In this document: piece after piece, positions 37,746 to 47,199 of the stretch
How the letters are laid out: each line of letters starts with the position of its first letter
Numbering within the stretch: the first letter of the stretch is position 1
Assembly (NCBI GenBank): GCA_041691315.1
Contig: JBEPUW010000010.1
Location: 4,583-68,582, forward strand
Length of the DNA stretch: 64,000 nucleotides
DNA from: Caulobacteraceae bacterium
GTDB lineage: Bacteria > Pseudomonadota > Alphaproteobacteria > Caulobacterales > Caulobacteraceae
Direction of reading: 5' to 3'
Position numbers and translations under genes: made by a program
Notes under the pieces: generated by a model
Databases searched by the model: none
What the model was told of the DNA's origin: nothing
Seen by the model: the letters and a program-made list of their open reading frames with translations, nothing else

Positions 37746-40700
37746 TCGAGTTCGGTCGCGCTGATGGTTCGCAGGCCCTTCGGACCGGTCGCGAACCAAT
37801 CGTAGACCTTCCTCATGGGATCGGTGGGGTCGCAAGCGCCCCACATCGCCTTGGGCCCGAGTACGAACAGTCGTTCCTTGGCGCGCGACAAGGCGACATT
37901 GCAGCGGTTGTCGGAGGCCACGTGCCCACGCCGAAGCTTCGGGTTGCTGCGGACCAGCGAGAGGATGATGATCGAGTTCTCTTTGCCTTGGTAGGAGTCG
38001 ACCGTCTCGATGCGGACCATGCTGCGGAACCGGGCATCCCATGCGCGGTCGGCGAAAGCCTGGTCCATCATAAGCTTCTGGCCGCTGTACATGCAGATCA
38101 CGCCGATCGGTTCGGCTTCCTCGCCTTTGGCGAGTGACGACATCAAACCCCCTTGCTCGGACAGCAACTCAAGCAGTCGCATCGTCGCGGCGACTTCAGC
38201 CGGGTTCCAGAGCGTCATGGGATTCGGCTCGAACTTCCGCTCTGCGTGATCCATCACGCCGTCGGTCTCGACCCACACGGCCGCAACGTCGAGCGGGGCG
38301 GGGAGCTCATCGAAGGCGGTATCCGGTTTGCGGTCCTTCGAGGTGACCAGGGTCACCTTGCTCGGCTGGTAGAAGACCCTGGAGACGAGATCGCAGATTG
38401 GCGGCGCCATCCGATACTGCTCGGTCAGGGTGGTGCCGTTGGCGATGCCGTACGACGAGGTGAAGGCGCGTTCGAAGTCGCTTCGCAAAAGTGCGGCTTC
38501 CGAGACGCCGTCCATCTCGGCCGCCAAGGCGTCGAGAACCGGCTGATCGATCATCGGCTTCAGCTGAAGGTGGTCTCCCACCAGCAAGACACGCTGGCCG
38601 ACTTGGACCGGTATCGCCAATTCCCCCGAGGTACATCGCGCCGCCTCGTCGATGATCACCCAGTCGAAATTCTGCGCGTCGATGCGGATCTTGGTTTGGC
38701 CGACACCGACGCATGTCGCGGCCACTACCGTTCGGGTCTTGGCGAGAAACTCCTCGAAGTTCCTGTGCGGGGACGTGAGCGAAGCCGACCAGTCGGTCGC
38801 TAGCTCGATGATGCGCCGGAGGCTGCGTAGATCGCTGGGCGAAGCCGCCGGATGTCGATCCAGCAAGCTTTGGAAGGCCATATCGACGACCTTTGCCGTC
38901 GGCTCCGAGGCCGCGCTCTCGCCAAGCCGTCGGACCGCTGCCTCGCGGAAGGTCGCGCTCATGGCCTCGAGGGCGCGCGCGTTGCGCCGGCGCTCGTCGG
39001 CGCTCGGCGGATCACCCTTGTTGGCGTCCGCGGCGTTCAAGGCTGCGATCCGGCGGCCGGTCACGCCCAGTTCGCGATCGAGGTCGACGCCGTCTTCGGC
39101 CAGAGCCCGCGGGATCCCGAGGGCCGAAGCGATGCCGCCGACGCGATTCTTCATCGCGGTCTCAAATCGCACTTGATAGCGCTCGCGGAGCGAGCGGCTG
39201 TGGTACGGTCGGATTTTGTCGGTGATGCCCTTCGAGCCGATCCGCAGCAGGCTCGGGCGGGCCCCACCTTGCTTCTTGTAGAAGTCCACCAGAGCCTCGA
39301 TCGCGTTGTTGACCGCCTCGTGGCTCTGGCTGGCGATGAGAATGTTTCGGACGCCCCGGCGGGTGATCAGCCAATGCACGAATGCGGCAATGAACAGCGT
39401 CTTGCCGGTGCCGGGGGGGCCTTGCTGCAGGCCGACCGGCCCGTAGCGCGCGACCTGCCGGAACGCCGCTTTCTGGCCGGGATTCAAGCCATAGGGCTCG
39501 AGGTCCTGGTCTGTGACCTCAATCTCGTAGTCGACGGTCGGGGCAGCGTTCTCAGGCACGAAATAGTCCATCAGGTCGGCGATCAGCGCCTTGTCCGCAA
39601 GAACCCGTTCGACCGCCCGGGAGCGGCGGTCGAATGAACTTCGCGCGCGACGTTCCACGAGAATGACTTGATCGCCTGCTGTGAGGCTCCGGTTGGTGCG
39701 GTGGCGGACGGCGATTGACCGACCGTCCAGTCCCCCGAGCTCGAGCTCGCCGATCCGCCCGCCATTGGGCCACCGCACCTCAACCTGTTCGTCCGGGTCG
39801 AAATCGAAATCCACTCCACCGCGCTCGTAGCTGTACGTCGCGACGTCGCCGATGCGAACGAGTTCGCCGGTGATGGTGACCCTGGGCTGACGCTCGTCTT
39901 CAAGCTCGATGATCCGACGCCAATATCGTTCGACGTCGAGGGGCGCTTCCGTGGTGGGCTTTGCGGCCTCTCCATCGGTCGGTTCCGCAAGCGGGGTGAC
40001 GGGAATCTGGGCTTGAAGCAGCGTCACCAAGATCTCTGCGCCGCCCGCCGCTGCGGGGTCGCGCACGACGTTTATATTGATCGGGACCCCCTGCTGAGAT
40101 GCTCGGCTGAGGCTCTTGAACGTGGGCGTAACCACCTGCGGGATGCCGACGCCGAGCGCTCCGACTTCAATGATCAATTCGTGCTGGAGGCCGAATAGGC
40201 GGAACTCGGTGTTTCCGTTCTTGAGCACCTGTCCGCGCGCGAAGAACGGCGTGTCCTCAGTTTGCAGAGGACCCGTCCCGCCGTCCGAGGTCGCTACTGT
40301 GATCGTCGGTCGTCTGCCGGGATCGGTCTGATCCGCGTAGGCTTCCAGCGCCTTTTGAATTGGGGCGAGCAGCTCTATCCTGTCCCGCGCCAGTTCGAGG
40401 TCGAGAGCCGCCAACAGGGGGCCGGCGAGCGGGTCCGCCGGTTGTCCGATCCGGTCACGGACCAACCGGACGACTGCAAAGCGATCCAGCTCCTGCGCGG
40501 TCAAAGCCTCCGCGTTTTCAGGCCGGACGTCGCCGTCGGCGATGCGTCCGTCGCCCACTTCAGAGAAATCGAAAAGATCGACAAGGGTCAGTTCGTGCGC
40601 GTCGCCACGGTGAACGATGTTGCGCCCGGCGATGTCGCCGTGGTCAAGGCCCATGACATGAAGCGCTTCGACTGCGCGCACCAGAGCCATGCCCGCGGCA

Positions 40701-42454
40701 ACGGCGTCCCTCACCGTCTCGACTGGGGACGCTTCGCTCCAAAGCGATCCTTGCGCTTCTTCATAGGCGATAAAGGCACCCTGCGCCGACAATCCGGCGG
40801 CGACGTAGGTGGGGAGATCGGCGCGTCCGGCCTGGCGAATACGCGAGACGCCGTTCAGGAGACGCATCAATCCGACGTCGCCAGCGCGCGACCGATGCCT
40901 GACCCAGCCATACCAAACCTTGACGATAATGGGCGTCGCAGATCCCACATCCCGGGCACGCCAGACGTGTTTCGTCCCGCTTCGCAGCGTGTCGATCGAC
41001 TGCCAACGCGACGTCGGCATCACATCCGTTTCGTGGCCGTCCAACAAACTGTTGTCGATCCGCGCGTCGTCTCGCGCATCGAGCAGGCGGCCGAACTCGT
41101 CGGCGGCGTCGCGGCCGTTCTGGAAGAGCGGCACACCTTCGAGTCCCAACGCGCGTCCGAACCACGGCCGAAGTCCCTGCAGCGGTTGCGGCAGACCCGC
41201 GATCCCCGCATTGTGATCGGCTGCGGTGCTTCCCTGCAGGACCTGCAACATCATTCGGGCACTGGCGTGAACGTCCAGCTGTCGCGCGGACAAAACCCCG
41301 GCTGGCGCCGCGTAGTAGCGAAGCTCGTCCAACCACGGGGCAACGGATCCTTCGTTCGGAATCTGGGAGGCCATGAAGCCGGTCAGCGCCTGCTGGGTCG
41401 GCCCGCCGATCCAGACGTTCCGCACGCCAAGGTCCCGGTGGGCGACGCCTTGGTCGTGGAGCTCTCCCACGGCGTTTACGAGCGTTGCAGCCGTCAGCGT
41501 CCGATCCTCGAGCGACAGTTGAGCATCGCTGCGCTCAAGGAAGCGATCAAGGGTCGTCCACCCGGCGGTGAGACGCCGCACCTCAGCATGCTGTGTAAGC
41601 ACCTCGTCGTTTTCGTCCGGCAGCGGCATCAGCACCCCGGCCGGAATGAGGGTGGATTTCTGATCTTCCAAGTGCGCGATCGCGCGACTTTCGCGCTCAG
41701 CGACTTTGCGGCGATGGTCCGCGTTGTTCAGCCCAGGCGACAGCTGGTCGAACTGCCAAACTCGAATGAGGCCCTTGTTGCGATCGTCCCGTGCGCGTTC
41801 ACCTCTATGTTCCCGCCACAGTCCCCTCGGGTGAACGACGACGTCTTCTTCCACGACCCGGTAGCCGGACCAAAGGCGCTCGAGAGGTTTGAAATGCTTC
41901 GCGCTACGGGTGATACGCTCGAATTCGGTCTCGAATGTGTAGGGCTTCGGTGACACCAAAAGGGTCTTGGCGAGACCGCGGCTGACACCACCGGCCTCAC
42001 CAAGGCCAGACGCTTCAGCGAGTGTGAGAACCATCGCCTGTTGAGCGGGCTGAAGATTTAGGCGCGTGGCCGTACCCGTCAGCACGACCCGAGAGTCGAC
42101 AGTATATTTCGCCGACCAGCCGTGGATCATGCTGGAAAGAAGGCCAGCGACCTTGCGCGCCTTCATGTTCACCTGGTCGACGGCGGAGCGGCCTCGGGAG
42201 CGACCGTTCACGAACCAGACGTCCCCGTCGGCGGTGAGCTCGCCGTGCCAGTCTTTCAGCTCCAGAAGCAAGACGCGGTCGTCCATGACGACCATTGCAT
42301 CAATTTCGACCGACGTGGTGACGCCCCGCGGCCAACACTCGAACGAGGCGTAGAGAAGCCAATGCTCGGGGAACGACTTGGCCAGCTCCGAGATACCGAG
42401 CGCTTCTCGCGCGTGGATTCCGGCGCTGTTAAGATATCGAACTCGGCAGCCCAC
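37742..42454 (-). CDS. NERD nuclease + degenerate Ser/Thr kinase domains + SF1 (UPF1-like) helicase; Mokosh type I MkoA-like
   Basis: EIDAMVV..LLELKDW (NERD); HRDL..RNVW and HGDI..RNIV (kinase catalytic loops); GPPGTGKT, IDEAAR, GDHLQL, QYRM, VDSYQGKE, NVALSRAK; probable GTG start 42454. Confidence 0.75.
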   Translation of the reverse strand: MGCRVRYLNSAGIHAREALGISELAKSFPEHWLLYASFECWPRGVTTSVEIDAMVVMDDRVLLLELKDWHGELTADGDVWFVNGRSRGRSAVDQVNMKARKVAGLLSSMIHGWSAKYTVDSRVVLTGTATRLNLQPAQQAMVLTLAEASGLGEAGGVSRGLAKTLLVSPKPYTFETEFERITRSAKHFKPLERLWSGYRVVEEDVVVHPRGLWREHRGERARDDRNKGLIRVWQFDQLSPGLNNADHRRKVAERESRAIAHLEDQKSTLIPAGVLMPLPDENDEVLTQHAEVRRLTAGWTTLDRFLERSDAQLSLEDRTLTAATLVNAVGELHDQGVAHRDLGVRNVWIGGPTQQALTGFMASQIPNEGSVAPWLDELRYYAAPAGVLSARQLDVHASARMMLQVLQGSTAADHNAGIAGLPQPLQGLRPWFGRALGLEGVPLFQNGRDAADEFGRLLDARDDARIDNSLLDGHETDVMPTSRWQSIDTLRSGTKHVWRARDVGSATPIIVKVWYGWVRHRSRAGDVGLMRLLNGVSRIRQAGRADLPTYVAAGLSAQGAFIAYEEAQGSLWSEASPVETVRDAVAAGMALVRAVEALHVMGLDHGDIAGRNIVHRGDAHELTLVDLFDFSEVGDGRIADGDVRPENAEALTAQELDRFAVVRLVRDRIGQPADPLAGPLLAALDLELARDRIELLAPIQKALEAYADQTDPGRRPTITVATSDGGTGPLQTEDTPFFARGQVLKNGNTEFRLFGLQHELIIEVGALGVGIPQVVTPTFKSLSRASQQGVPININVVRDPAAAGGAEILVTLLQAQIPVTPLAEPTDGEAAKPTTEAPLDVERYWRRIIELEDERQPRVTITGELVRIGDVATYSYERGGVDFDFDPDEQVEVRWPNGGRIGELELGGLDGRSIAVRHRTNRSLTAGDQVILVERRARSSFDRRSRAVERVLADKALIADLMDYFVPENAAPTVDYEIEVTDQDLEPYGLNPGQKAAFRQVARYGPVGLQQGPPGTGKTLFIAAFVHWLITRRGVRNILIASQSHEAVNNAIEALVDFYKKQGGARPSLLRIGSKGITDKIRPYHSRSLRERYQVRFETAMKNRVGGIASALGIPRALAEDGVDLDRELGVTGRRIAALNAADANKGDPPSADERRRNARALEAMSATFREAAVRRLGESAASEPTAKVVDMAFQSLLDRHPAASPSDLRSLRRIIELATDWSASLTSPHRNFEEFLAKTRTVVAATCVGVGQTKIRIDAQNFDWVIIDEAARCTSGELAIPVQVGQRVLLVGDHLQLKPMIDQPVLDALAAEMDGVSEAALLRSDFERAFTSSYGIANGTTLTEQYRMAPPICDLVSRVFYQPSKVTLVTSKDRKPDTAFDELPAPLDVAAVWVETDGVMDHAERKFEPNPMTLWNPAEVAATMRLLELLSEQGGLMSSLAKGEEAEPIGVICMYSGQKLMMDQAFADRAWDARFRSMVRIETVDSYQGKENSIIILSLVRSNPKLRRGHVASDNRCNVALSRAKERLFVLGPKAMWGACDPTDPMRKVYDWFATGPKGLRTISATELE

Positions 42455-42826
42455 CCCGTCCCCTTGTTTCACCACGGTGAAGCCTAACCGGGGTTTCGCC
42501 GTCCGCCAACCGTTCTTGTTTACCGCTTGCAATGCCAAGTGGTCAGACCATCGCCGGAAACGGCGGGGTGCCCAGCAGCGTGCTCGGTTCAGCGCCATCG
42601 GCTCCTGCTGGTCAGCCCCCGGGACGCGTTTTCCGCTTTAGGACTTCGTCCAGCGTACCGAACCGCTCGCCATCGGGCGCGACAGCTTGAACGTCTTAAG
42701 GGACCGCCATCCGCGGCAGGATGAAGGTGGCCCCACCGGGGCTGGAGGCGCGCGGTATGCTTTCCGACGTGATCCCAACTTCCGCTGTCGCATCGTTGCC
42801 GCGAAGACGAGGATTTTTACCAAAAA

Positions 42827-42860
42827 ATAACACGCGAGAAGGCTTCTTATCGCGTGTTAT
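42827..42860. other. lox-like recombination/binding site: 14-bp inverted arms around a 6-bp spacer
   Basis: ATAACACGCGAGAA-ggcttc-TTATCGCGTGTTAT (1 mismatch), 17 nt upstream of the recombinase ATG. Confidence 0.65.
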
Positions 42861-42877
42861 GTCGCCCCGGAGCCCTG

Positions 42878-43843
42878 ATGGACGCCCCCCAAACCAAACC
42901 GCCAACCGCCCGCGCCGCCATGGCGATGGCCAAGGCCCAGGCCTACCAGGACGCCGCCGATGCGCCGGCCACGCTGCGCGCCTACGCTTCGGACCTAAAG
43001 AACTTCGAGGCCTGGTGCGCGCGTCACGGCATGACGGCCCTGCCGGCGACGCCGCAGGTGGTCGGCGCCTACCTAGCGGCGGCCGGCGAAGGCTACGCCA
43101 TGCAAACCCTGCGCCGGCGCGTGGCAGCGATCGCCAGGGCCTCCGGCGTCACAGGCAATCCGCTGGATACTAAACATCCGGCGATCCGCGAGACCCTGCG
43201 CGGGATCGGCCGCACCCACGGTAGTCGCGGTCGTCGGTCGGCGGCGCTGACGACGGCGGAGCTCAAAAAGCTGAGCCAAGTCTGCGAGCCTGGTCTGGCC
43301 GGGGACCGAGACCGGTCCTTGCTACTTGTCGGTTTCGCTGGCGCCCTCAGGCGGTCCGAGTTGGTGGCGCTGGATGTGGAGCGGCTGACCTGGTCAGACG
43401 ACGGCGTGAAGTTGCTGCTGGAGAAGTCCAAGACCGATAAGGAGGGCGAAGGCGCTGAGATCATGATCGTGTTCGGCCGCTTCGAGGTCACCTGCCCAGT
43501 CCGGGCGCTGAGACGCTGGCTGGACGCTGCTTCGATCGCGTCCGGACCCTTATTCCGGAAGGTCAACAAGGCTGGCCGCATCGAGGGACGCCGGCTGAGT
43601 GAAGACGCCGTGCGTCAGATCCTTCTGCGCCGGGCGGCGCAGGCCGGCGTAAAGGGCTCCCTCGCCGAACCCGTCAGCCCTCATGGACTGCGGGCGGGCT
43701 TCGTCACCACGGCCTATCGGAATGGCGTGTCGGATGAGGAGATCATGGGTCACACCCGCCATCGCAGTCTGACGACCATGCGTAGCTACGTGAGACGAGC
43801 GAAGCTCAGCGGCACGGCACCCGCTGGAAAGCTCGGCCTCTAG
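42878..43843 (+). CDS. Tyrosine recombinase (Cre-like integrase/resolvase)
   Basis: SAM-like N-terminus (ATLRAYASD), catalytic GALRRSEL, SKTD, HGLRAG, GHTRH, Y. Confidence 0.92.
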   Translation: MDAPQTKPPTARAAMAMAKAQAYQDAADAPATLRAYASDLKNFEAWCARHGMTALPATPQVVGAYLAAAGEGYAMQTLRRRVAAIARASGVTGNPLDTKHPAIRETLRGIGRTHGSRGRRSAALTTAELKKLSQVCEPGLAGDRDRSLLLVGFAGALRRSELVALDVERLTWSDDGVKLLLEKSKTDKEGEGAEIMIVFGRFEVTCPVRALRRWLDAASIASGPLFRKVNKAGRIEGRRLSEDAVRQILLRRAAQAGVKGSLAEPVSPHGLRAGFVTTAYRNGVSDEEIMGHTRHRSLTTMRSYVRRAKLSGTAPAGKLGL

Positions 43844-44008
43844 TAAGCATTATCTGAAATAGTGCTTATTGTTCAAAGGGTTATAAGTTCCAACATAGCA
43901 TCTTCTGCGCTCGAAATCCACACCCCGGCTGCTGCCCGGTAGCGTGCGGGATTTGACTCTGCTTCGCGAGTAATATATTTCGCTATTTAGTTAATTAGGA
44001 TACCGATT

Positions 44009-44329
44009 GTGGATAAGGTTTTTGAAGCGTTGGCGTCGACGCCGCGCCGAAAGATTCTGGCCTATCTGTCCGAGCTGGACCTGACCGCAGGCGAGATCGC
44101 CGCCCGATTCGAGATGAGCAAGCCCGCGATCAGCAAACACCTGCAGATCCTGGAGAATGCGGGGCTGGTTCGGAGCGAAAAGCGTGGTCAGTTCGTCCAC
44201 TATTCCCTTGTCCGCGATCACCTTGCGAACACCTTGAATGGGTTCGTCCAGAATGTCTGCCCGGTCTCTATGCCGCTCAAGAAAGAGAGCGCGCGCCTGA
44301 AAGACGCGCGAAAGCCGACAACCGAATAG
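44009..44329 (+). CDS. ArsR/SmtB-family transcriptional repressor
   Basis: VFEALA..PRRKIL..L...TAGEIA..F.MSKPAISKHL.IL..AGLV. Confidence 0.9.
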   Translation: MDKVFEALASTPRRKILAYLSELDLTAGEIAARFEMSKPAISKHLQILENAGLVRSEKRGQFVHYSLVRDHLANTLNGFVQNVCPVSMPLKKESARLKDARKPTTE

Positions 44330-44338
44330 GGGGACGCC

Positions 44339-45292
44339 GTGCAACTCGTGGTGGGTTCAGATCGCATCGATGCGCACGACAGCGTCAACCCTGTCGGGGG
44401 GGAAGTGCGCTGGGCGCCGTCGAAATCCCTGTGGATCGGCAGCATGACCTTAGCGGCCGTAGTCTTGGGGCCAATGTTTTTCTCCTGGAGCGCACTTGCT
44501 CTATTCCTCGGAGCTAGCGCCATAACTCTGTGCTTTGGCCATTCGGTCGGCATGCACCGGCGGCTGATCCATCGAAGCTTCGAGTGTCCGAAATGGCTTG
44601 AGCACCTCTGCGTCTATCTCGGCACCCTGGTCGGCATGGCGGGTCCGATGGGCATGATGCGCACGCACGACTTTCGCGACTGGGCGCAACGCCAGAACTC
44701 ATGCCACGACTATTTCTGCCACCGAAAGGGCTTTTGGCATGACGCGTGGTGGCAGCTGCACTGTGAACTGGCGCTGACTGATCCGCCGGCGTTCAGCCCC
44801 GAACCCGAGGTTCGTGACGACCGCTTCTATGCCTTCATCGAGCGCACCTGGATGTGGCAGCAATTGCCATGGGCGCTGATCTTCTTCGCCGTCGGTGGTC
44901 CGAGGTGGGTAATCTGGGGCGTCTGTGTGCGGGTCGCGGTTTGCGTCACCGGCCATTGGCTGGTCGGCCATTTCGCCCACCGTCAGGGGGGGCAAACCTG
45001 GATCGTCGAGGGTGCGGCGGCACAGGGCTACAATGTGAAAGTCGCCGGCCTGATCAGCATGGGCGAGAGCTGGCATAACAATCATCACGCCTTCCCAGGC
45101 TCGGCGAAATTGGGGCTTAACCCCGGCGAGATCGACCTGGGCTGGTGGCTGATCAAATCGTTTGAGGCGGCGGGGCTGGCGTCGGAGATCAGAACGCCCG
45201 ATTCGATGCCATTTCGCGCCGCTCTGAGAGCCTTGCCGCAGCCGGAATCCCAACCAGCCGTAGGCCGAGAGCGGCCTCTCTCGGTCGGATAG
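44339..45292 (+). CDS. Membrane fatty-acid (acyl-CoA) desaturase-like protein
   Basis: His boxes HRRLIH and GESWHNNHH; middle box degenerate (THDFRD); transmembrane segments. Confidence 0.8.
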   Translation: MQLVVGSDRIDAHDSVNPVGGEVRWAPSKSLWIGSMTLAAVVLGPMFFSWSALALFLGASAITLCFGHSVGMHRRLIHRSFECPKWLEHLCVYLGTLVGMAGPMGMMRTHDFRDWAQRQNSCHDYFCHRKGFWHDAWWQLHCELALTDPPAFSPEPEVRDDRFYAFIERTWMWQQLPWALIFFAVGGPRWVIWGVCVRVAVCVTGHWLVGHFAHRQGGQTWIVEGAAAQGYNVKVAGLISMGESWHNNHHAFPGSAKLGLNPGEIDLGWWLIKSFEAAGLASEIRTPDSMPFRAALRALPQPESQPAVGRERPLSVG

Positions 45293-45297
45293 GCACC

Positions 45298-46737
45298 ATG
45301 AAATTCCCTCTGGCGTTCGAAGGACAGATCCGCCCTCTCCCCTACGCATTGGTGTCCTCGGCCGTGTTCTTTTCGCAGCACCTGGCCGTCGCCACGTTGT
45401 TCGCTGCCCTGCATCAGGACCTGGATGTCAGATGGCGATTTTGGCTGCTCCCGCTACGCTCGGTCGCCGACCTGCATAGTGCGCCCGCGGTGACGTTGGC
45501 TCTTGCCTTCGCCTTTGCGTTGCTGGTGGCCTGGGCGCTCTCCGTCCTTGCGTTTCGCCGGTCGATGAGCGCCGGCGCGAGTGTTTGGACGGCGGCGGCC
45601 GTGATCGCGCCGATCATCCAGATTTTGGTGATCGCCGGGCTGTCAGTAATGCCGTCCCGGCCAGCGCCAGCGCCCACGCCCAGTGGCGTTGTGGGCGGCA
45701 AACGACCGATGGACTGGCGAACTGCGATCCAAGGCATGCTGGCCGGTGCAGGTTTGACGGTCTTCACCGTCGCGGTCGGCGCGCTCATCTTTGGCGCCTA
45801 CGGCTACGGAATGTTTGTTGTCGGTCCGTTTCTTATCGGCGCGACGACCGCCTTCCTTGCCAACCGCAAGGGGGACATCGGCGGGACAAACAACGCTGGC
45901 CTTGTTCTCTGCGCCACGGCTCTCGGCGGGATTGCGCTCGTCGCGGTCGCGTTGGAAGGCATCATCTGCATTGTCCTCGCGGCGCCGCTGGCCGCCGCAG
46001 TCGCGCTCCCGGGGGGTGCGCTCGGGCGTTCGATGGCGCTGGCGGGCCAGCGTCGCGCCCAAAATTCGCTGATGAGCGTAGCGTTGCTGCCGATGGTCTT
46101 TTTTTCTGAGCAGGCGTTCCCGCCGTCGAGAACGGTCGACATCAGCCAGTCCATTGATGTCGCCGCGCCAGCGGACGCCGTGTGGCAGTCCTTAATCCGG
46201 ATGGACTCGATCGGCCCCGCGCCCGCGCTGCCGTTCCGGCTCGGCGTTGCCTATCCCGTGAGCGCTCAGATCATAGGTGAAGGCGTCGGAGCAAAGCGAA
46301 TTGGTGTCTTTTCCACCGGGGACGCCGTGGAGCAGGTGACGGTATGGGAACCGGGTCGAAAGCTCTCATTCGTTGTGCTGAGCGACCCACCAGCAATGCG
46401 CGAACTCAGCCCCTACAAACACGTCAATGCCCCGCATGTGGTCGGCTATTTCCACACGATCACCACGAGCTTCGTCCTCCTGCCGCTCCAGGACGGACGC
46501 ACGCGCGTCATTCTGCGCAGCACGCACGAATTGAAGCTTGATCCCGTCCTCTACTGGCTCCCTCTGACCCGCTGGGTTGTTACCATGGACGACGCAAGGG
46601 TGCTCGCCTATGTTCGGCGACGATCGGAAGCTCATCCCTTTCAGTCGGTGTCGTCCGGCCAACCTTCGTTGCATCACGCAACGAAGGTGTATATTCACGC
46701 CCCGACGGCGGTGGCGCAGGAAGCGGTTCCTTCGTAA
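45298..46737 (+). CDS. Multi-pass membrane protein with a C-terminal SRPBCC/START-like domain
   Basis: Several hydrophobic helices then IDVAAPADAVWQSL...VTVWEPGRKLSF; the last ~35 codons overlap the ncRNA promoter and look non-native. Confidence 0.7.
   Translation: MKFPLAFEGQIRPLPYALVSSAVFFSQHLAVATLFAALHQDLDVRWRFWLLPLRSVADLHSAPAVTLALAFAFALLVAWALSVLAFRRSMSAGASVWTAAAVIAPIIQILVIAGLSVMPSRPAPAPTPSGVVGGKRPMDWRTAIQGMLAGAGLTVFTVAVGALIFGAYGYGMFVVGPFLIGATTAFLANRKGDIGGTNNAGLVLCATALGGIALVAVALEGIICIVLAAPLAAAVALPGGALGRSMALAGQRRAQNSLMSVALLPMVFFSEQAFPPSRTVDISQSIDVAAPADAVWQSLIRMDSIGPAPALPFRLGVAYPVSAQIIGEGVGAKRIGVFSTGDAVEQVTVWEPGRKLSFVVLSDPPAMRELSPYKHVNAPHVVGYFHTITTSFVLLPLQDGRTRVILRSTHELKLDPVLYWLPLTRWVVTMDDARVLAYVRRRSEAHPFQSVSSGQPSLHHATKVYIHAPTAVAQEAVPS
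46662..46688. promoter_or_regulatory. Palindromic operator 1 overlapping the promoter of Y-like RNA 1
   Basis: ACCTTCGTTGC-atcac-GCAACGAAGGT perfect 11-bp inverted repeat containing TTGCAT; TATATT at 46690-46695. Confidence 0.7.
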
Positions 46738-46837
46738 GCCAAGTGTCGCGGGTTCGACTCCCGCCGAGGCCGCAAGGGCTCGTAGCTCAGTTGGGTAGAG
46801 CATTGGAAATACTGCTTCCGAACATTCCCCGCCGTCG
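46703..46837 (+). ncRNA. Y RNA (YrlA-like) 1 with permuted tRNA-like domain
   Basis: Ends pair (CGACGGCGG/CCGCCGTCG; GGAAGCGGT/ACTGCTTCC); T arm GCGGG-TTCGACT-CCCGC (46748-46764) precedes a GCAA-capped acceptor-like stem and D arm GCTC-AGTTGGGTA-GAGC; upstream of a Ro60/TROVE gene. Confidence 0.85.
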
Positions 46838-46851
46838 CCCGGGCGACTTTT
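46834..46851 (+). terminator. Possible intrinsic terminator after RNA 1
   Basis: GTCGC-CCGG-GCGAC hairpin followed by TTTT. Confidence 0.45.
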
Positions 46852-46883
46852 CTGTTGCATGGCGCAACAGGCGACGCTATACG
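46852..46883 (+). promoter_or_regulatory. Palindromic operator 2 and sigma70-like promoter for RNAs 2-4
   Basis: CTGTTGC-atggc-GCAACAG; -35 TTGCAT (46855) 17 nt before TATACG (46878). Confidence 0.7.
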
Positions 46884-46910
46884 CCGCATCCCGTCGCTTC
46901 GGTGGCGGGT

Positions 46911-47068
46911 TTCGATGGTGGCGTAGGAAGCGGGTTCATCGTTTGTCGGGGGTTCGAATCCCCTCAGGCGGCGCAATCCGCGTGTAGCTCAGTCTGGTAG
47001 AGCAACGGTCGTTTCCGGTGGCTTCGGCTGGCCGGCGCGGCTTCCGCTTTCGCCTGTTCCCCATCGAA
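46911..47068 (+). ncRNA. Y RNA (YrlA-like) 2 with permuted tRNA-like domain
   Basis: TTCGATGG/CCATCGAA and GGAAGCGG/CCGCTTTC end pairing; T arm GGGGG-TTCGAAT-CCCCT (46948-46964) before D arm GCTC-AGTCTGGTA-GAGC; extra TTCG hairpin. Confidence 0.85.
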
Positions 47069-47075
47069 TTCTAAG

Positions 47076-47183
47076 TCTCCGGTGGCGTAGCATTACGGTT
47101 TCTTCGGGTGACGGCAGGCGGGCGAAAGCTGCGCACCGTGTCCTTGTCGAGAGGACGTGCCGAGATGCGTTTTTCCCCGGGGA
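47076..47183 (+). ncRNA. Y-like RNA 3 (same terminal module, non-tRNA internal domain)
   Basis: TCTCCGG/CCGGGGA stem, TGGCGTA/..TTCC internal loop, GCATTACGGT/GCCGAGATGC stem, shared GGTTTCTTCG motif. Confidence 0.7.
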
Positions 47184-47199
47184 TCACTTTGCTTAAGTC

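Noticed and set aside
40262-41953. Long opposite-strand ORFs (e.g. 40262..41953, 36300..37805, 24623..25684, 59619..60767, 4923..6089)
   Set aside because: Antisense shadows of motif-bearing genes, expected in high-GC DNA; no recognisable motifs
42600-42826. Short ORFs between the NERD helicase and the recombinase
   Set aside because: No motifs or convincing RBS; probably promoter or remnant sequence
43844-43870. Imperfect AT-rich inverted repeat after the recombinase stop (TAAGCATTA...TAGTGCTTA)
   Set aside because: Single imperfect copy unrelated to the upstream lox-like site, with no T-run; cannot assign a function
46740-47005. Canonical tRNA genes (T-loop GTTCGA and D-loop AGCTCAG..GGTAGAGC present twice)
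   Set aside because: Arms are in T-then-D order, the acceptor strands are joined by a GCAA-containing loop, and there is no closed anticodon loop or CCA end; better explained as YrlA-type Y RNAs
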